Shown here: piece after piece, positions 8,688-18,442 of the stretch
How the letters are laid out: each line of letters begins with the position of its first letter
How positions within the stretch are numbered: the stretch's first letter is position 1
NCBI GenBank assembly: GCA_026414545.1
Contig: JAOAIU010000048.1
Span: forward strand, 46,172-110,171
Reading direction: 5' to 3'
DNA: 64,000 bases
Source of the DNA: Candidatus Saccharicenans sp.
Lineage (GTDB): Bacteria; Acidobacteriota; Aminicenantia; Aminicenantales; Saccharicenantaceae
Notes under the pieces: model-generated
Told to the model about the DNA's origin: nothing
Seen by the model: the letters and a program-made list of their open reading frames with translations, nothing else
Databases searched by the model: none
Translations under genes and position numbers: made by a program

Positions 8688-10790
8688 ATGAACAAACCGA
8701 ATTCAGCAAAAACCAGCCTGGCCTGGGGGCTGTGGCTGGTGCTGTGGCTGGCCAGCGGTCTTGCCGCCCCGGCCCAGGAACGCCCATTAAGCTATGACCT
8801 CAAGGTGGAATTGCTGCCGGAAAGCGCCACCCTCCAGGGAAAGGAGACCATAATCTGGACTAACCGCAGTTCGGATTATATCCCCGATCTACAGTTCCAC
8901 CTTTACTGGAATGCCTTCAAGAACGAACTTTCCACCATGGCCCGGGAGTCGGCCCGGGAAAGGACTATTTCCAGGTACCGGCCTAAAAAAGACGAGTGGG
9001 GCTGGATCAAGCTGGTTTCGTTCAGCACGGGTTCTGGCCTGGACCTGATGCCGGCAGCCACCTTTATCAGCCCTGATGAACCACATAATCCAGATGACCA
9101 GACTGTGCTGCGGGTGGAGTTGCCCGAGCCTCTGGCTCCGGGTCAGACCATCACTCTTAACCTGGAATTTCAGGCTAAGATACCGAGGAATGGTCTGAGG
9201 ACTGGTTATTACCGCGACGGATTTTTCATCGCTCAGTGGTTTCCCAAGCTGGGCGTTTACGAGGAGGGCCGGGGCTGGAACTGCCATGAATACCACCTGA
9301 ACTCGGAATTCTACGCCAATTTTGCCGATTACCGGGTCCAGATTACCGTGCCCGGCCGGATGGTGGTCGGAGCCAGCGGGGAAGAAGTGGCCAAAGTGGA
9401 AGATCCGGCCAGCGGCAAGACCACCTATACCTACGTCCAGCAGAACATCCACGATTTTGCCTGGACGGCCTCGCCCAGGTTTGTCAAGCTGGAACGCTGG
9501 TTCAGGGGAGAGGAAGAAGTCAGACCAGAAGAATACCGGCAGATGGCTGACATCCTGGGGTTGAGCCCGGAAGAACTCAGGTTGCCCGAAGTCAGGATGA
9601 TTCTGTTGATTGAAAAGCAACATCAGCACCAGGCCGAAAGGCATTTCCGGGCGCTGCGGGCTGCTCTGAAATATTACGGCCTGTGGTACGGCCCTTATCC
9701 CTACCGAACAATAACTTTGGTCGACCCGCCCTATCGAACCGGCAGCGGTGGAATGGAATATCCAACTCTTTTTACTGCCGGTACCTCAGTCATTCTGGAA
9801 AAGGATGTGCTGTCGCCAGAGCAGGTCATCATCCATGAATTCGGTCACGGTTACTGGTATGGAATGGTGGCCAACAACGAGTTCGAGGAGGCCTGGCTGG
9901 ATGAAGGCATAAACACCTATTCCACCGGAAAAGTGACGGACCAGGCTTACGGACCGGGGCGCCTGCCTTTCCGTTTCAATGGTCTACCGCTCAGCTGGCT
10001 CCTCGGGTTGCCCGCAGTTTACGACTGGCAACTGGGTCGGATAGTTTCGGCCCCGGTGGCCGAGCTCGACCCGATAGTCACTGCCTCCTGGAAGTTTTAT
10101 AATTCAATGAGCTATTCTCTTAATGTTTACTACCGAGCGGCCACCTGTCTCCACACCCTGGAAAGACTGCTGGGAGAAAAAACCTGGGCCAGGATCATGC
10201 GAACCTATCACCTGAGATACCGCTTCCGTCATCCGAAGACTGAAGACTTCATCAAGGTGGTTAACGAGGTCTCCGGCCAGGACCTGACCTGGTTCTTTCA
10301 GGAATTCTTTTTCAGCGCCAAGAATTTTGATTATGCCATCAGCTCGGTAGAAACCAGGCTAAAACCCGAAAAATACCGCGGCCTTTTCGATAACCTGCCA
10401 GGCAGGAATTCCTCCCGAAACCGGGCCGGGTCCGCAGAAAAATCTTCTTCCACGAAAGCAAAAATATACCAGACCGTGATTACCCTCCGCCGCTATGGCC
10501 AGGCCCATCCTGGACCGGGACACTACCTTAAGCTCCGGATTGACTTTGAGGACGGCAGCAGCGAGTGGCGCAACTGGGATGGCCAGGCCCGGTGGGTTCG
10601 CTTTTATTTTGAAAAGCCGGCCCGGGTCAAAACGGCCATCCTCGACCCGGAAACCATCTGGCTGGTGGACAGCAATTTAACCAACAACAGCTATTCCAGC
10701 AGGGGGCCGGGGGCCAAGCTTCTATCCACCACCGGAAAACTGGTCTGGTTCCTGCAGCACCTGCTGTTGACTTTCTCCGGCTTGCTGTAA
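8688..10790 (+). CDS. Secreted M1-family zinc aminopeptidase
   Basis: Signal peptide, GGMEYP exopeptidase motif, HEFGH-x18-E (EAWLDEG) zinc motif. Confidence 0.9.
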   Translation: MNKPNSAKTSLAWGLWLVLWLASGLAAPAQERPLSYDLKVELLPESATLQGKETIIWTNRSSDYIPDLQFHLYWNAFKNELSTMARESARERTISRYRPKKDEWGWIKLVSFSTGSGLDLMPAATFISPDEPHNPDDQTVLRVELPEPLAPGQTITLNLEFQAKIPRNGLRTGYYRDGFFIAQWFPKLGVYEEGRGWNCHEYHLNSEFYANFADYRVQITVPGRMVVGASGEEVAKVEDPASGKTTYTYVQQNIHDFAWTASPRFVKLERWFRGEEEVRPEEYRQMADILGLSPEELRLPEVRMILLIEKQHQHQAERHFRALRAALKYYGLWYGPYPYRTITLVDPPYRTGSGGMEYPTLFTAGTSVILEKDVLSPEQVIIHEFGHGYWYGMVANNEFEEAWLDEGINTYSTGKVTDQAYGPGRLPFRFNGLPLSWLLGLPAVYDWQLGRIVSAPVAELDPIVTASWKFYNSMSYSLNVYYRAATCLHTLERLLGEKTWARIMRTYHLRYRFRHPKTEDFIKVVNEVSGQDLTWFFQEFFFSAKNFDYAISSVETRLKPEKYRGLFDNLPGRNSSRNRAGSAEKSSSTKAKIYQTVITLRRYGQAHPGPGHYLKLRIDFEDGSSEWRNWDGQARWVRFYFEKPARVKTAILDPETIWLVDSNLTNNSYSSRGPGAKLLSTTGKLVWFLQHLLLTFSGLL

Positions 10791-10800
10791 CTTAGAGGAG

Positions 10801-11670
10801 ATGACCATGAGTTTGCGAACTTATTTCACCCCCGGCTTCAACAGAGCCCTGTCCAGGTTCAGGCTGTCAGTTTATGTCTGGCTGACACTGCTGGCCCTGG
10901 CCCTGGTGGCCATAGCTCCCATCAATTCTCTCCTGAGAAACAGCTTCAGCCATTTTTATCTAACGGACAAACCCAGCATGCCCTTTGAGCTGCACCTGGC
11001 CGAGGTCTTCCTGGCTAACCAGGAAATTCTTGGCCCTTACACCGGTTTTCTGCTGACGCTGGTGTTGCTTTCTGTCCTCATTTTTGCCTTCCTCAGCGCC
11101 GGCCTGTTCGGCCGGATGCTCAGCCCGGATCCGGTGGTGACCTTCAGAGAATTTCTGGCCGACGGAGCCCGCTACTTCTGGAAATTCATCCTTTCTCTGC
11201 TTCTCTTTCTGCCATTCCTGGTTATCCTTTTTATCCTCTTCCGACTGCTGATAGCCCCACTGAACCTGTGGTCAAGCCGGGCCCTGACTGAATGGCCGGT
11301 AATCATCGCTGCCAACCTGAGGATGTTGCTCCTGATTCTACTGTGGACCGCCTTCAAGTTGCTCCTGGACCTGGCCAGAATAATCATGGTCTCTGAGTCA
11401 AAGAGGGTAATCCCGGCTTACCTCTCTGCCCTTCGTTTCTTGAAGGGAAACTTTCTTGGGCTCTGGGGTCTGTATCTACTGCTTGGCCTGGCGGTTATAA
11501 TCATCTCAGGCATATGGCTCCTGGTGCTTCGCCTTTTTCCTGCCGGCATGGTGCCGGGAGTTCTGGCCTTTATTATTCTGGGCCAGACTTATATAATCTT
11601 CAGGGTGCTGGCCCGGCAGGTTTTTATCGGAATAGAATATGCCTACTATCTCCGGCGGAAAGGTGCTTGA
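10801..11670 (+). CDS. Hypothetical multi-pass membrane protein
   Basis: About 6 hydrophobic helices; SD AGAGGAG; 10 bp after the M1 peptidase. Confidence 0.75.
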   Translation: MTMSLRTYFTPGFNRALSRFRLSVYVWLTLLALALVAIAPINSLLRNSFSHFYLTDKPSMPFELHLAEVFLANQEILGPYTGFLLTLVLLSVLIFAFLSAGLFGRMLSPDPVVTFREFLADGARYFWKFILSLLLFLPFLVILFILFRLLIAPLNLWSSRALTEWPVIIAANLRMLLLILLWTAFKLLLDLARIIMVSESKRVIPAYLSALRFLKGNFLGLWGLYLLLGLAVIIISGIWLLVLRLFPAGMVPGVLAFIILGQTYIIFRVLARQVFIGIEYAYYLRRKGA

Positions 11671-11673
11671 ACC

Positions 11674-13074
11674 ATGAAGGTCAAATTCCTGGGAGCCGCT
11701 TCTCAGGTCACCGGCTCCTGTTTTCTGCTTTCGGCTAACGGCCTGAACTTCCTGGTGGACTGTGGTCTTTACCAGGAACGCGACTTCCAGGCTCGAAACT
11801 GGGAACCTTTTCCCTTCCCACCGCAGAAAATCGATTTCATCCTTCTAACCCATGCCCACCTCGACCACTGTGGGCTCATCCCCAAGATTGTCCGTGAAGG
11901 TTTCCGGGGACGGATTCTCTGCACTCCGCCCTCGGCCGAGATTCTGCCCATCGTCCTGCTAGACACGGCCAAGCTCCAGGAAGAAGATGCCCAGATCAAA
12001 AAGAAAAGGCATGAAAGAGAGGGGCGGCGCGGACCATACCCGGAAATCCCTCTTTACACCACGGACGACGTGGAAAAAGCCCTGCCGCTGGTGGAAGCGG
12101 TTGATTATCATCACAAGGTCAGCCTGGGTTCGGGAGTCCAGGCCACCTTCCGCGAAGCCGGACATATCCTGGGTTCGGCCATCATCGAGCTCACGGTTGA
12201 GAACGGCAGCGGGAGCCGGAGAATCCTTTTCAGCGGAGACCTGGGACAGTGGAATAAACCACTGGTTCGTGACCCGGAAACCTTCGAACAGGCCGACTAC
12301 ATATTCTTGGAATCAACCTACGGCGACCGAGAGCATGACCACCCGGAAAATGTCTCCGAACGGCTGGCCGAAAATGTTAACCAGGTCCTGGTCCGGGGCG
12401 GCAACCTGGTCATTCCTACTTTTGCCATCGAACGGGCCCAGGAACTGATGTTTCACCTCAGCCACCTGGTCAGGGAGAAAAAAATTCCCCAGCTACCGGT
12501 ATTCCTGGACAGCCCGATGGCCATTTCGGTGACCAATGTTTTCAGCCATTACCTGAAATTCCTTGATGAGGAGTCCAGGTCTCTGTTCTCATCCGGAAAG
12601 AACCCCTTCGAATTCCCGGGACTGAAGCTGGTTCAGAGCTTTGAAGAGTCCAGGCTGATAGAGAAAACCCGCGGTTCGGCCGTTATCATGGCCGGTTCGG
12701 GCATGTGCACCGGAGGCCGCATCAAGCAGCACCTGGTCAATAATATCAGCCGGCCGGAATCAACCATCCTGTTTGTCGGTTACCAGGCCAGGGGAACCCT
12801 GGGTCGGCAGATACTGGAAGGACAGTCGCCGGTGAGGATTTATGGCCAGATGTACCAGGTCCGGGCCACCATCGACCAGATTCAGGGCTTCTCGGCCCAC
12901 GCCGACCGGGCCCAGCTCTGGAAATGGCTTAGAGCCCTGAGCAGGCCACCTCGCACCATTTTCCTGATACACGGTGAAAAGGAGATTATCCAGCATTTTG
13001 CCGGAGAAATTACTGAACAAACTGGCTGGCCGGTGGAGATTCCCGGTTACCTGAGCGAATATCAGCTGGATTAA
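11674..13074 (+). CDS. MBL-fold beta-CASP ribonuclease
   Basis: VTGSC, THAHLDHCG, AGHILGS, FSGDLG, ESTYGDR, FSAHAD, HGE motifs. Confidence 0.92.
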   Translation: MKVKFLGAASQVTGSCFLLSANGLNFLVDCGLYQERDFQARNWEPFPFPPQKIDFILLTHAHLDHCGLIPKIVREGFRGRILCTPPSAEILPIVLLDTAKLQEEDAQIKKKRHEREGRRGPYPEIPLYTTDDVEKALPLVEAVDYHHKVSLGSGVQATFREAGHILGSAIIELTVENGSGSRRILFSGDLGQWNKPLVRDPETFEQADYIFLESTYGDREHDHPENVSERLAENVNQVLVRGGNLVIPTFAIERAQELMFHLSHLVREKKIPQLPVFLDSPMAISVTNVFSHYLKFLDEESRSLFSSGKNPFEFPGLKLVQSFEESRLIEKTRGSAVIMAGSGMCTGGRIKQHLVNNISRPESTILFVGYQARGTLGRQILEGQSPVRIYGQMYQVRATIDQIQGFSAHADRAQLWKWLRALSRPPRTIFLIHGEKEIIQHFAGEITEQTGWPVEIPGYLSEYQLD

Positions 13075-13312
13075 ACTCCTCAGAGGCCTGCGAGGCGGAA
13101 GAATTATCTTCCCGGGACTGGAACGTCCCGATGAGAAAGTCCTAAAAAACTCGGATTGTCTGGCAGCTATTCATCCCCCGGCCACTGGATAATCAAATAA
13201 AAGCCTTAATGAACCGCAGGCCCGGGTCTCGTCATTTCAAGGCCTGAATCGCTTGCCCTCCAGCATGATATTAAGACAGGTGAGGATCAGGAAAGCCGGG
13301 AGTTGAGTGGTC

Positions 13313-14794
13313 TCAGGTCTGAACTTCCGGAACCGCGGGCAGCTCTTTCAGGCCGCAGGAGGCGGCACAGGCTGTCATGATTTTCTTCAGCTCTCCGGAT
13401 TTTTCCAAACAGAGCCCGGGCCTCTGGTAAAGGGATAACCTCCTGGTAATTTCCCGGCTAGCCCTCTGAAAAATATCCAGCCGACCCAGCGCTGTCCAGG
13501 TATCGTAGACATCGCGGTCCAGGACCGAGGAGAAATAATGCTCCTGCCGGTACCATTTCCTGGTGTGGGACAGAACCAGGAAATTGAAATCCGGGCCGAG
13601 CTCGGCAAATAGATGCCGGGCCAGCGGCTTTTCCCTGAGGGCTATCCCTCTGACCAGCCTCAAGCACTGGCCGCAGATGTCGTTGTCAATGACCAGCTTT
13701 TCCAGACTCTGGGTGCTCTCGAAATTCAGCATTCCAGCGCCAGAAACCACATTGATTCCAGCCAGGGCGGCCAGAGTAGCTCCCATGGCCGTTTCCAGCC
13801 CAGCCTGAGCGTCAACCAGCTTGGAATCGCTCAAGCCCATGTAAGCGTGAGTGGGCAGGTTGAGATGTTTAGCCACCTGGGCGAAGGCACAATCAATCAT
13901 CATGGTTTCCGGGGCACCCATGGGAGTGGTGCCCTTCCTCATGTCAAACCCGGCTGGGGAACCGCCGAAAATGACTGGAGCCCCCGGCCTGGCCAGCTGG
14001 CAGATGACCAGCCCGCCGAAACTTTCGGCCAGCTGCTGGACCAGGGTACCAGCCAGAGTTACGGGAGAAGTGGCCCCGGTCAGGCCCATCGGTATCAGCT
14101 CCGAGGGTACCCCCATCCGGCTACAGTCAACAAGACTCTGAGCAGTCAAACGGCTCCATTTAAGGGGAGGGGAGGGACAGGCATCAAATATGGCCAGGGG
14201 TTTTTCCGCCAGTCGTTTTTCATCTCCCCGCACCGCCACCAGCAGGTCCAGCATGGGCCTCAGGCTTTCCACTCTGAAAATTCCGGTGACGAAAGGCTTT
14301 CGGCAGAAGAGCAGTCCCAGGTAAAGCCGGTAGATGTCGGCAATTTCCTTGGGAACGTCGGTGCTGACCAGGGCGGTGCTCTGAAAGTCCAAATTTTCCA
14401 GTGTTTCAACCAGCCTGTAAAGTGTAACCAGGTCCGAAGTCCGGGCTTCCCTTTCTTTCTGAGTTTCCGAGTCCAGAATCTTGATGGCCGCAGAGCCCGG
14501 GTCATAGTGCACTTCATCCTGCCCCACCAGGTATTCCCGGCTGCCGTCCAGGTCAAAGAGCCTGATTTCTGAGGGGCAGGTCTTCAGGCTCTGTTCCACC
14601 AGGTCTCTTTTAATATAGACCCTGTACCTGGCCCGGTCTATTTTCTGGCCGGCATCCTCCAGGAGCTTCAGGGCTTCCTCATTTTCAACAAATAAGCCCG
14701 TTTCTTCCAGCAGTTCAAAGGCCTCGTCAATAATCTGTTCAACCGCTTCCTGGCTCAAGAACCTGACCCGGGGCCTGAGCACCTCTTCAGCCAT
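13313..14794 (-). CDS. MttB-superfamily methylamine:corrinoid methyltransferase, non-pyrrolysine type
   Basis: SPPLKW, GATSPVTLAGTL, GAPVIFG, LSDSKLVDAQAGLE, SLEKLVID. Leu occupies the pyrrolysine-equivalent site and there is no in-frame TAG. Confidence 0.9.
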   Translation of the reverse strand: MAEEVLRPRVRFLSQEAVEQIIDEAFELLEETGLFVENEEALKLLEDAGQKIDRARYRVYIKRDLVEQSLKTCPSEIRLFDLDGSREYLVGQDEVHYDPGSAAIKILDSETQKEREARTSDLVTLYRLVETLENLDFQSTALVSTDVPKEIADIYRLYLGLLFCRKPFVTGIFRVESLRPMLDLLVAVRGDEKRLAEKPLAIFDACPSPPLKWSRLTAQSLVDCSRMGVPSELIPMGLTGATSPVTLAGTLVQQLAESFGGLVICQLARPGAPVIFGGSPAGFDMRKGTTPMGAPETMMIDCAFAQVAKHLNLPTHAYMGLSDSKLVDAQAGLETAMGATLAALAGINVVSGAGMLNFESTQSLEKLVIDNDICGQCLRLVRGIALREKPLARHLFAELGPDFNFLVLSHTRKWYRQEHYFSSVLDRDVYDTWTALGRLDIFQRASREITRRLSLYQRPGLCLEKSGELKKIMTACAASCGLKELPAVPEVQT

Positions 14795-15461
14795 GACTCC
14801 CTCCCCGGCCGGACATCAGACTCCGGGCCACGGAGACCGCCTGAACGGCGCTTTCTCCATAACCGTCGGCCCCGATTTCCCGGGCAAACTTTTCGGTAAC
14901 CGGGGCTCCGCCGACCATCACTTTAATTTTATCCCTCAGGCCCCGGCTGACCAGCAGGTCCACTACCTTCTTCTGGTTGAGCATGGTGGTGGTCAGCAGG
15001 GCCGATAGGGCAATAATATCCGCTCGCTCCCGCTCGGCCATGTCCACAAATTTATCAATCTTAACATCGGCCCCCAGGTCAATGACCTCAAAGCCGGAAG
15101 CCCGCAACATTGAGGCCACCAGGTTCTTGCCGATATCGTGAATATCGCCTTCAACCGTGCCGATGATCACCCGACCGGCCGACTTCAAACTCTGCCCGGC
15201 CGATTTCAGGGCTTCCTGCAGTACAGTCATGGCCGCCTTCATGGCCTCAGCTCCGGCAATGAGCTCCGGCAGGAAATAATCGCCGGCTTCCCACAGACGG
15301 CCCACTTCCTCGATGGCCGGGACACAGGCCTTCTCGATGACCTGAAGCGCCTCCAGCCCAGAGGCCAGGGCTTTCCTGGCCAGGGGACCAGCTTCATCAA
15401 CCTGGCCCTGAATTATCGATTGTTTTAAGGAATGAAGAAGGTTATTTAACTCTGGTTTCAT
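14787..15461 (-). CDS. Corrinoid (B12-binding) protein, MtbC/MttC-like
   Basis: Cap domain plus GDIHDIGKNLV (DxHxxG), SALLTTT, VGGAP. SD GGAGGA before ATG at 15461. Confidence 0.93.
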   Translation of the reverse strand: MKPELNNLLHSLKQSIIQGQVDEAGPLARKALASGLEALQVIEKACVPAIEEVGRLWEAGDYFLPELIAGAEAMKAAMTVLQEALKSAGQSLKSAGRVIIGTVEGDIHDIGKNLVASMLRASGFEVIDLGADVKIDKFVDMAERERADIIALSALLTTTMLNQKKVVDLLVSRGLRDKIKVMVGGAPVTEKFAREIGADGYGESAVQAVSVARSLMSGRGGSHG

Positions 15462-15485
15462 CCAGGATTCCTCCGCCAATCTCGT

Positions 15486-16382
15486 TCAACCGATTTTATC
15501 AGAAAACTGGACAATTTTTTCCGAAATTTTTTTTATGTATTCTGGTGAGGTTCCGCAGCAGCCGCCGATGACTCTGGCCCCGGCCCCTATCAGTCCCGGA
15601 ATATGATCAGCATATTCATCCGGGCCCAGCTGGTAAAAGGTGGAACCATCCGACCTGACCTGTGGCTGTCCGGCGTTGGCCTGGGCTATCAGCGGCTTTT
15701 CCGACAGAGACCGAAAGGCCTTTATCAACCCGACCATGTCCGCCGGGTTCAGGGTGCAGTTGGCCCCGAAAGCTTCCACCTCATTCTCCTCCATGGCCCG
15801 GACAAAGGCCTCGGGCGACACTCCCATCATGGTGTAGTAGCCGCGTCGGGTCAGACTAAAAGTCATGGTCACAAAGACCGGAAGAGAAGAGGTTTCTCTA
15901 GCCGCCCTTAAAGCCATCAGCGCCTCTCTCAGGTCATACTGGGTTTCTATCAACAGAAAGTCGACTCCGCCCGCGGCCAGGCCTTCAACCTGTGGCCGGA
16001 AAGCTTCCACCAGCCTGCCTTCGGTCAGGTCGCCAACCGGTTTTAAGAATTTGCCCGTTGGCCCGATGCTTCCGCCGATATAGCCACCTTCAGGACAGAC
16101 ACTGCGGGCCAGCCGAGCAGCCTTCAGGTTCAGTTCAAAGGTTCTGTCTTCCAGCCCATAACCGGCCAGCTTGAGGGTATTGCCTCCGAAAGAATTGGTC
16201 AGGACGGCCCGCGAGCCGGCTTCAAAATAAGAGCGGTGGATTGAGGCCACGGCTTCGGGCTTTTCTTCATTCCAGGCTTCCGGGCAGTGACCTGGAGGGA
16301 GCCCGACCCGAAACAATTCGGTGCCCATGGCTCCGTCCAGTAGAAGAATCTGGTTTTCTGTTAGCTTCTTTATATCAAGCAT
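15486..16382 (-). CDS. Stand-alone homocysteine S-methyltransferase domain (MetH N-terminal-like)
   Basis: LLDGAMGT, TNSFG, GSIGPTG, GANC and GGCCGT zinc ligands. Start overlaps the upstream stop (ATGCTTGA). Confidence 0.9.
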   Translation of the reverse strand: MLDIKKLTENQILLLDGAMGTELFRVGLPPGHCPEAWNEEKPEAVASIHRSYFEAGSRAVLTNSFGGNTLKLAGYGLEDRTFELNLKAARLARSVCPEGGYIGGSIGPTGKFLKPVGDLTEGRLVEAFRPQVEGLAAGGVDFLLIETQYDLREALMALRAARETSSLPVFVTMTFSLTRRGYYTMMGVSPEAFVRAMEENEVEAFGANCTLNPADMVGLIKAFRSLSEKPLIAQANAGQPQVRSDGSTFYQLGPDEYADHIPGLIGAGARVIGGCCGTSPEYIKKISEKIVQFSDKIG

Positions 16383-18180
16383 CTTTTTCCCTCCAGTAGC
16401 TTCGGCCAAGGCTCAGGGCCTTGAGGAATTCGCTTTGAAAATCTTTCATGGCCGCCAGGGAAACGGGCTGAACTAGGACAGGAAGTCTGGCCACAGCCTT
16501 CCTGGCTTCCCCGCTCATGAGCATCAGTTCTGCCCCGGCCAGGGAAGCATTGCCGGCAAAAATGATCTTCCGGCGGGGAAGGGGAGGGAGAAGGCCAACG
16601 GAGATACACTGACCAGGGTCGACCGAGCTGCCAAAGACTCCTGCCAGGTAAATGCCGTCCAGTTCGGCCCAGTCCATCCCGGCAGAACGCAGCAAGAGCC
16701 GCATTCCACTCTTGATGGCAGCCAGGGCCAGCTGCAGTTTTCTAATGTCAAGCTGGCTCAGGGCCAGTCCCGGGGCCACCGCAATTTCAGACCGGCCTGC
16801 GGCTATTCTCCCCGAAGACTGTAACAGACCGGCCTTCAATGACCCGGCCAGAACTCCCAGCAGGCCCGAACCGCAGAGTCCGGATGGCTTGAGCTGGCCT
16901 ATCGTCCGGTACTCAAACCTACCATCAGACCACCTTGCGTATTCAATCGCCCCGGCGACGGCTGGTTGTCCGCAGGAAATTCCGCTGCCCTCAAAGGCCG
17001 GGCCAGCGGCAGTAGAAGCGACCATGATTTTTCGGCCCCGCTTCAGGACTATTTCTCCGTTAGTTCCGAGGTCCAGGTAAAGATAATTGCCGGTCCTGTT
17101 CAGAAGTCCAGTATAAATCAGCCCGGCTGAAATATCACCGCCGACAAATCCGCCCAGGTTGGGGCTGATGAAAACCATGGCCCGGGGATTAACCCGAAGC
17201 TGAACCGAGGAAGCCAGGACCGGGTCATGAGACATGAAGACCGGCTTAAAGGGCGCCCGCCCCAGGGAATCAACCGGTTTATTAAGGAACAGATGGTTCA
17301 TGACCGCATTGCCGGCCAGGCAGACGGCATAAATCCACCGGGGTTTGATTGCGGCTTCCCGGACCAGGACTTCTGTCAGATTGCTGATTGATTTAAGGGC
17401 GGCCAGCCGAAGTTTCTTCAGGTGGCCAGGTTGGCCAGTGGCCAGGCCAACCCGCGAAATAAGGTCGGCTCCAAAGGCAGCCTGCAGGTTGGCGGCACTG
17501 GCCGAGGCCAGAATTTTTCCATTGGACAGGTCAAGAAGCCGGGCTGAGACGGTGGTCGTTCCAAGGTCCAGAGCCAGACCGAAAACCCTGTCATCGGTGC
17601 GACCAGGCTCCAGGTTCAGCAGTATTCTATCATCATAAATAACGGCCGTGGCCTGGCCTGTCAGGAGGCCCCGGCTTCTAAGTCCGGGCAGCACTGCCGA
17701 AGCAGAAGCCAGTTCCTTGAGGCCGAGGCTGGACTTGATGGCCGACAGCAGTCTTTTTTCTACGGATAAATCTTCCGCTGAGAAGCGAAGCACATATTTT
17801 TTTACCATCGGTTTGAAATCACTAAGAGCAGACTGAACCTGGCCGGAAAATTTTGCGGTCAGGTTCTTTATTTCTGGAAGCAGAAGCAAGTCTTCCGGAA
17901 TTCTCACGGTCAGGGGCTGGTCGAGGCGGAGCTGGCAGGCCAGGCGAAAGTGTGAAGGGAGCCGGCGCTCGAGCCTCATTTTCTTTTCGGCTTCAGTTTC
18001 TTCGGGCATCCGGCCCGATTTAATTTCTACCAGGCACCGGCCGCAGATTCCCCGGCCCTGGCAGTAGAGCTTAAGCGGCAGCCCGACCTGGAGCAGGGTC
18101 CGGGAAAGTTTCTGGCCACTCGAGACCTGAACCCTGATGGTTCTCTTGCCAGCCAACAGCTTTAACCCAACTCTGGTCAT
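16375..18180 (-). CDS. ATP-dependent corrinoid reactivation protein (RamA/RACo-like; 2Fe-2S plus ASKHA domains)
   Basis: CQGRGICGRC...RLACQ ferredoxin, DLGTTT, GFVGGD, DLGTNGE, AAGPAFEG, GLCGSG. Confidence 0.9.
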   Translation of the reverse strand: MTRVGLKLLAGKRTIRVQVSSGQKLSRTLLQVGLPLKLYCQGRGICGRCLVEIKSGRMPEETEAEKKMRLERRLPSHFRLACQLRLDQPLTVRIPEDLLLLPEIKNLTAKFSGQVQSALSDFKPMVKKYVLRFSAEDLSVEKRLLSAIKSSLGLKELASASAVLPGLRSRGLLTGQATAVIYDDRILLNLEPGRTDDRVFGLALDLGTTTVSARLLDLSNGKILASASAANLQAAFGADLISRVGLATGQPGHLKKLRLAALKSISNLTEVLVREAAIKPRWIYAVCLAGNAVMNHLFLNKPVDSLGRAPFKPVFMSHDPVLASSVQLRVNPRAMVFISPNLGGFVGGDISAGLIYTGLLNRTGNYLYLDLGTNGEIVLKRGRKIMVASTAAGPAFEGSGISCGQPAVAGAIEYARWSDGRFEYRTIGQLKPSGLCGSGLLGVLAGSLKAGLLQSSGRIAAGRSEIAVAPGLALSQLDIRKLQLALAAIKSGMRLLLRSAGMDWAELDGIYLAGVFGSSVDPGQCISVGLLPPLPRRKIIFAGNASLAGAELMLMSGEARKAVARLPVLVQPVSLAAMKDFQSEFLKALSLGRSYWREKDA

Positions 18181-18442
18181 TTTTTTGCTCTTCCTGTTTA
18201 CAGCTGAGATAATTGTATTAAATTGCCCGTCTCGATTAAACGGGGAATTTAGTCAGCTGCTCGATTTCTTCAAGATAAGGCGCCGGCCTTTCCCTTTAAG
18301 ACACAGCTTTGTTCGCCCCCGTTATAAAGAGCTTGACCCCGGCTGGCCAGATAAGCTAAAACAATCCAGGCTGGAAAATGAGCCCTGGAAATTTCTGAAT
18401 AGATTGGATCCAGCCCAGGAAAATGATTTGAAGGAGAGCGTC

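Noticed and set aside
13313-14794. Pyrrolysine read-through in the MttB homolog
   Set aside because: The ORF is uninterrupted, Leu sits at the equivalent position, and no pyl genes are in the window.
18137-18442. N-terminal extensions in the ORF track (tldD, tldE, M1 peptidase, 40997 ORF, parA)
   Set aside because: Downstream starts with better SD sequences or domain boundaries fit better; the extensions overlap neighbouring genes or promoters.
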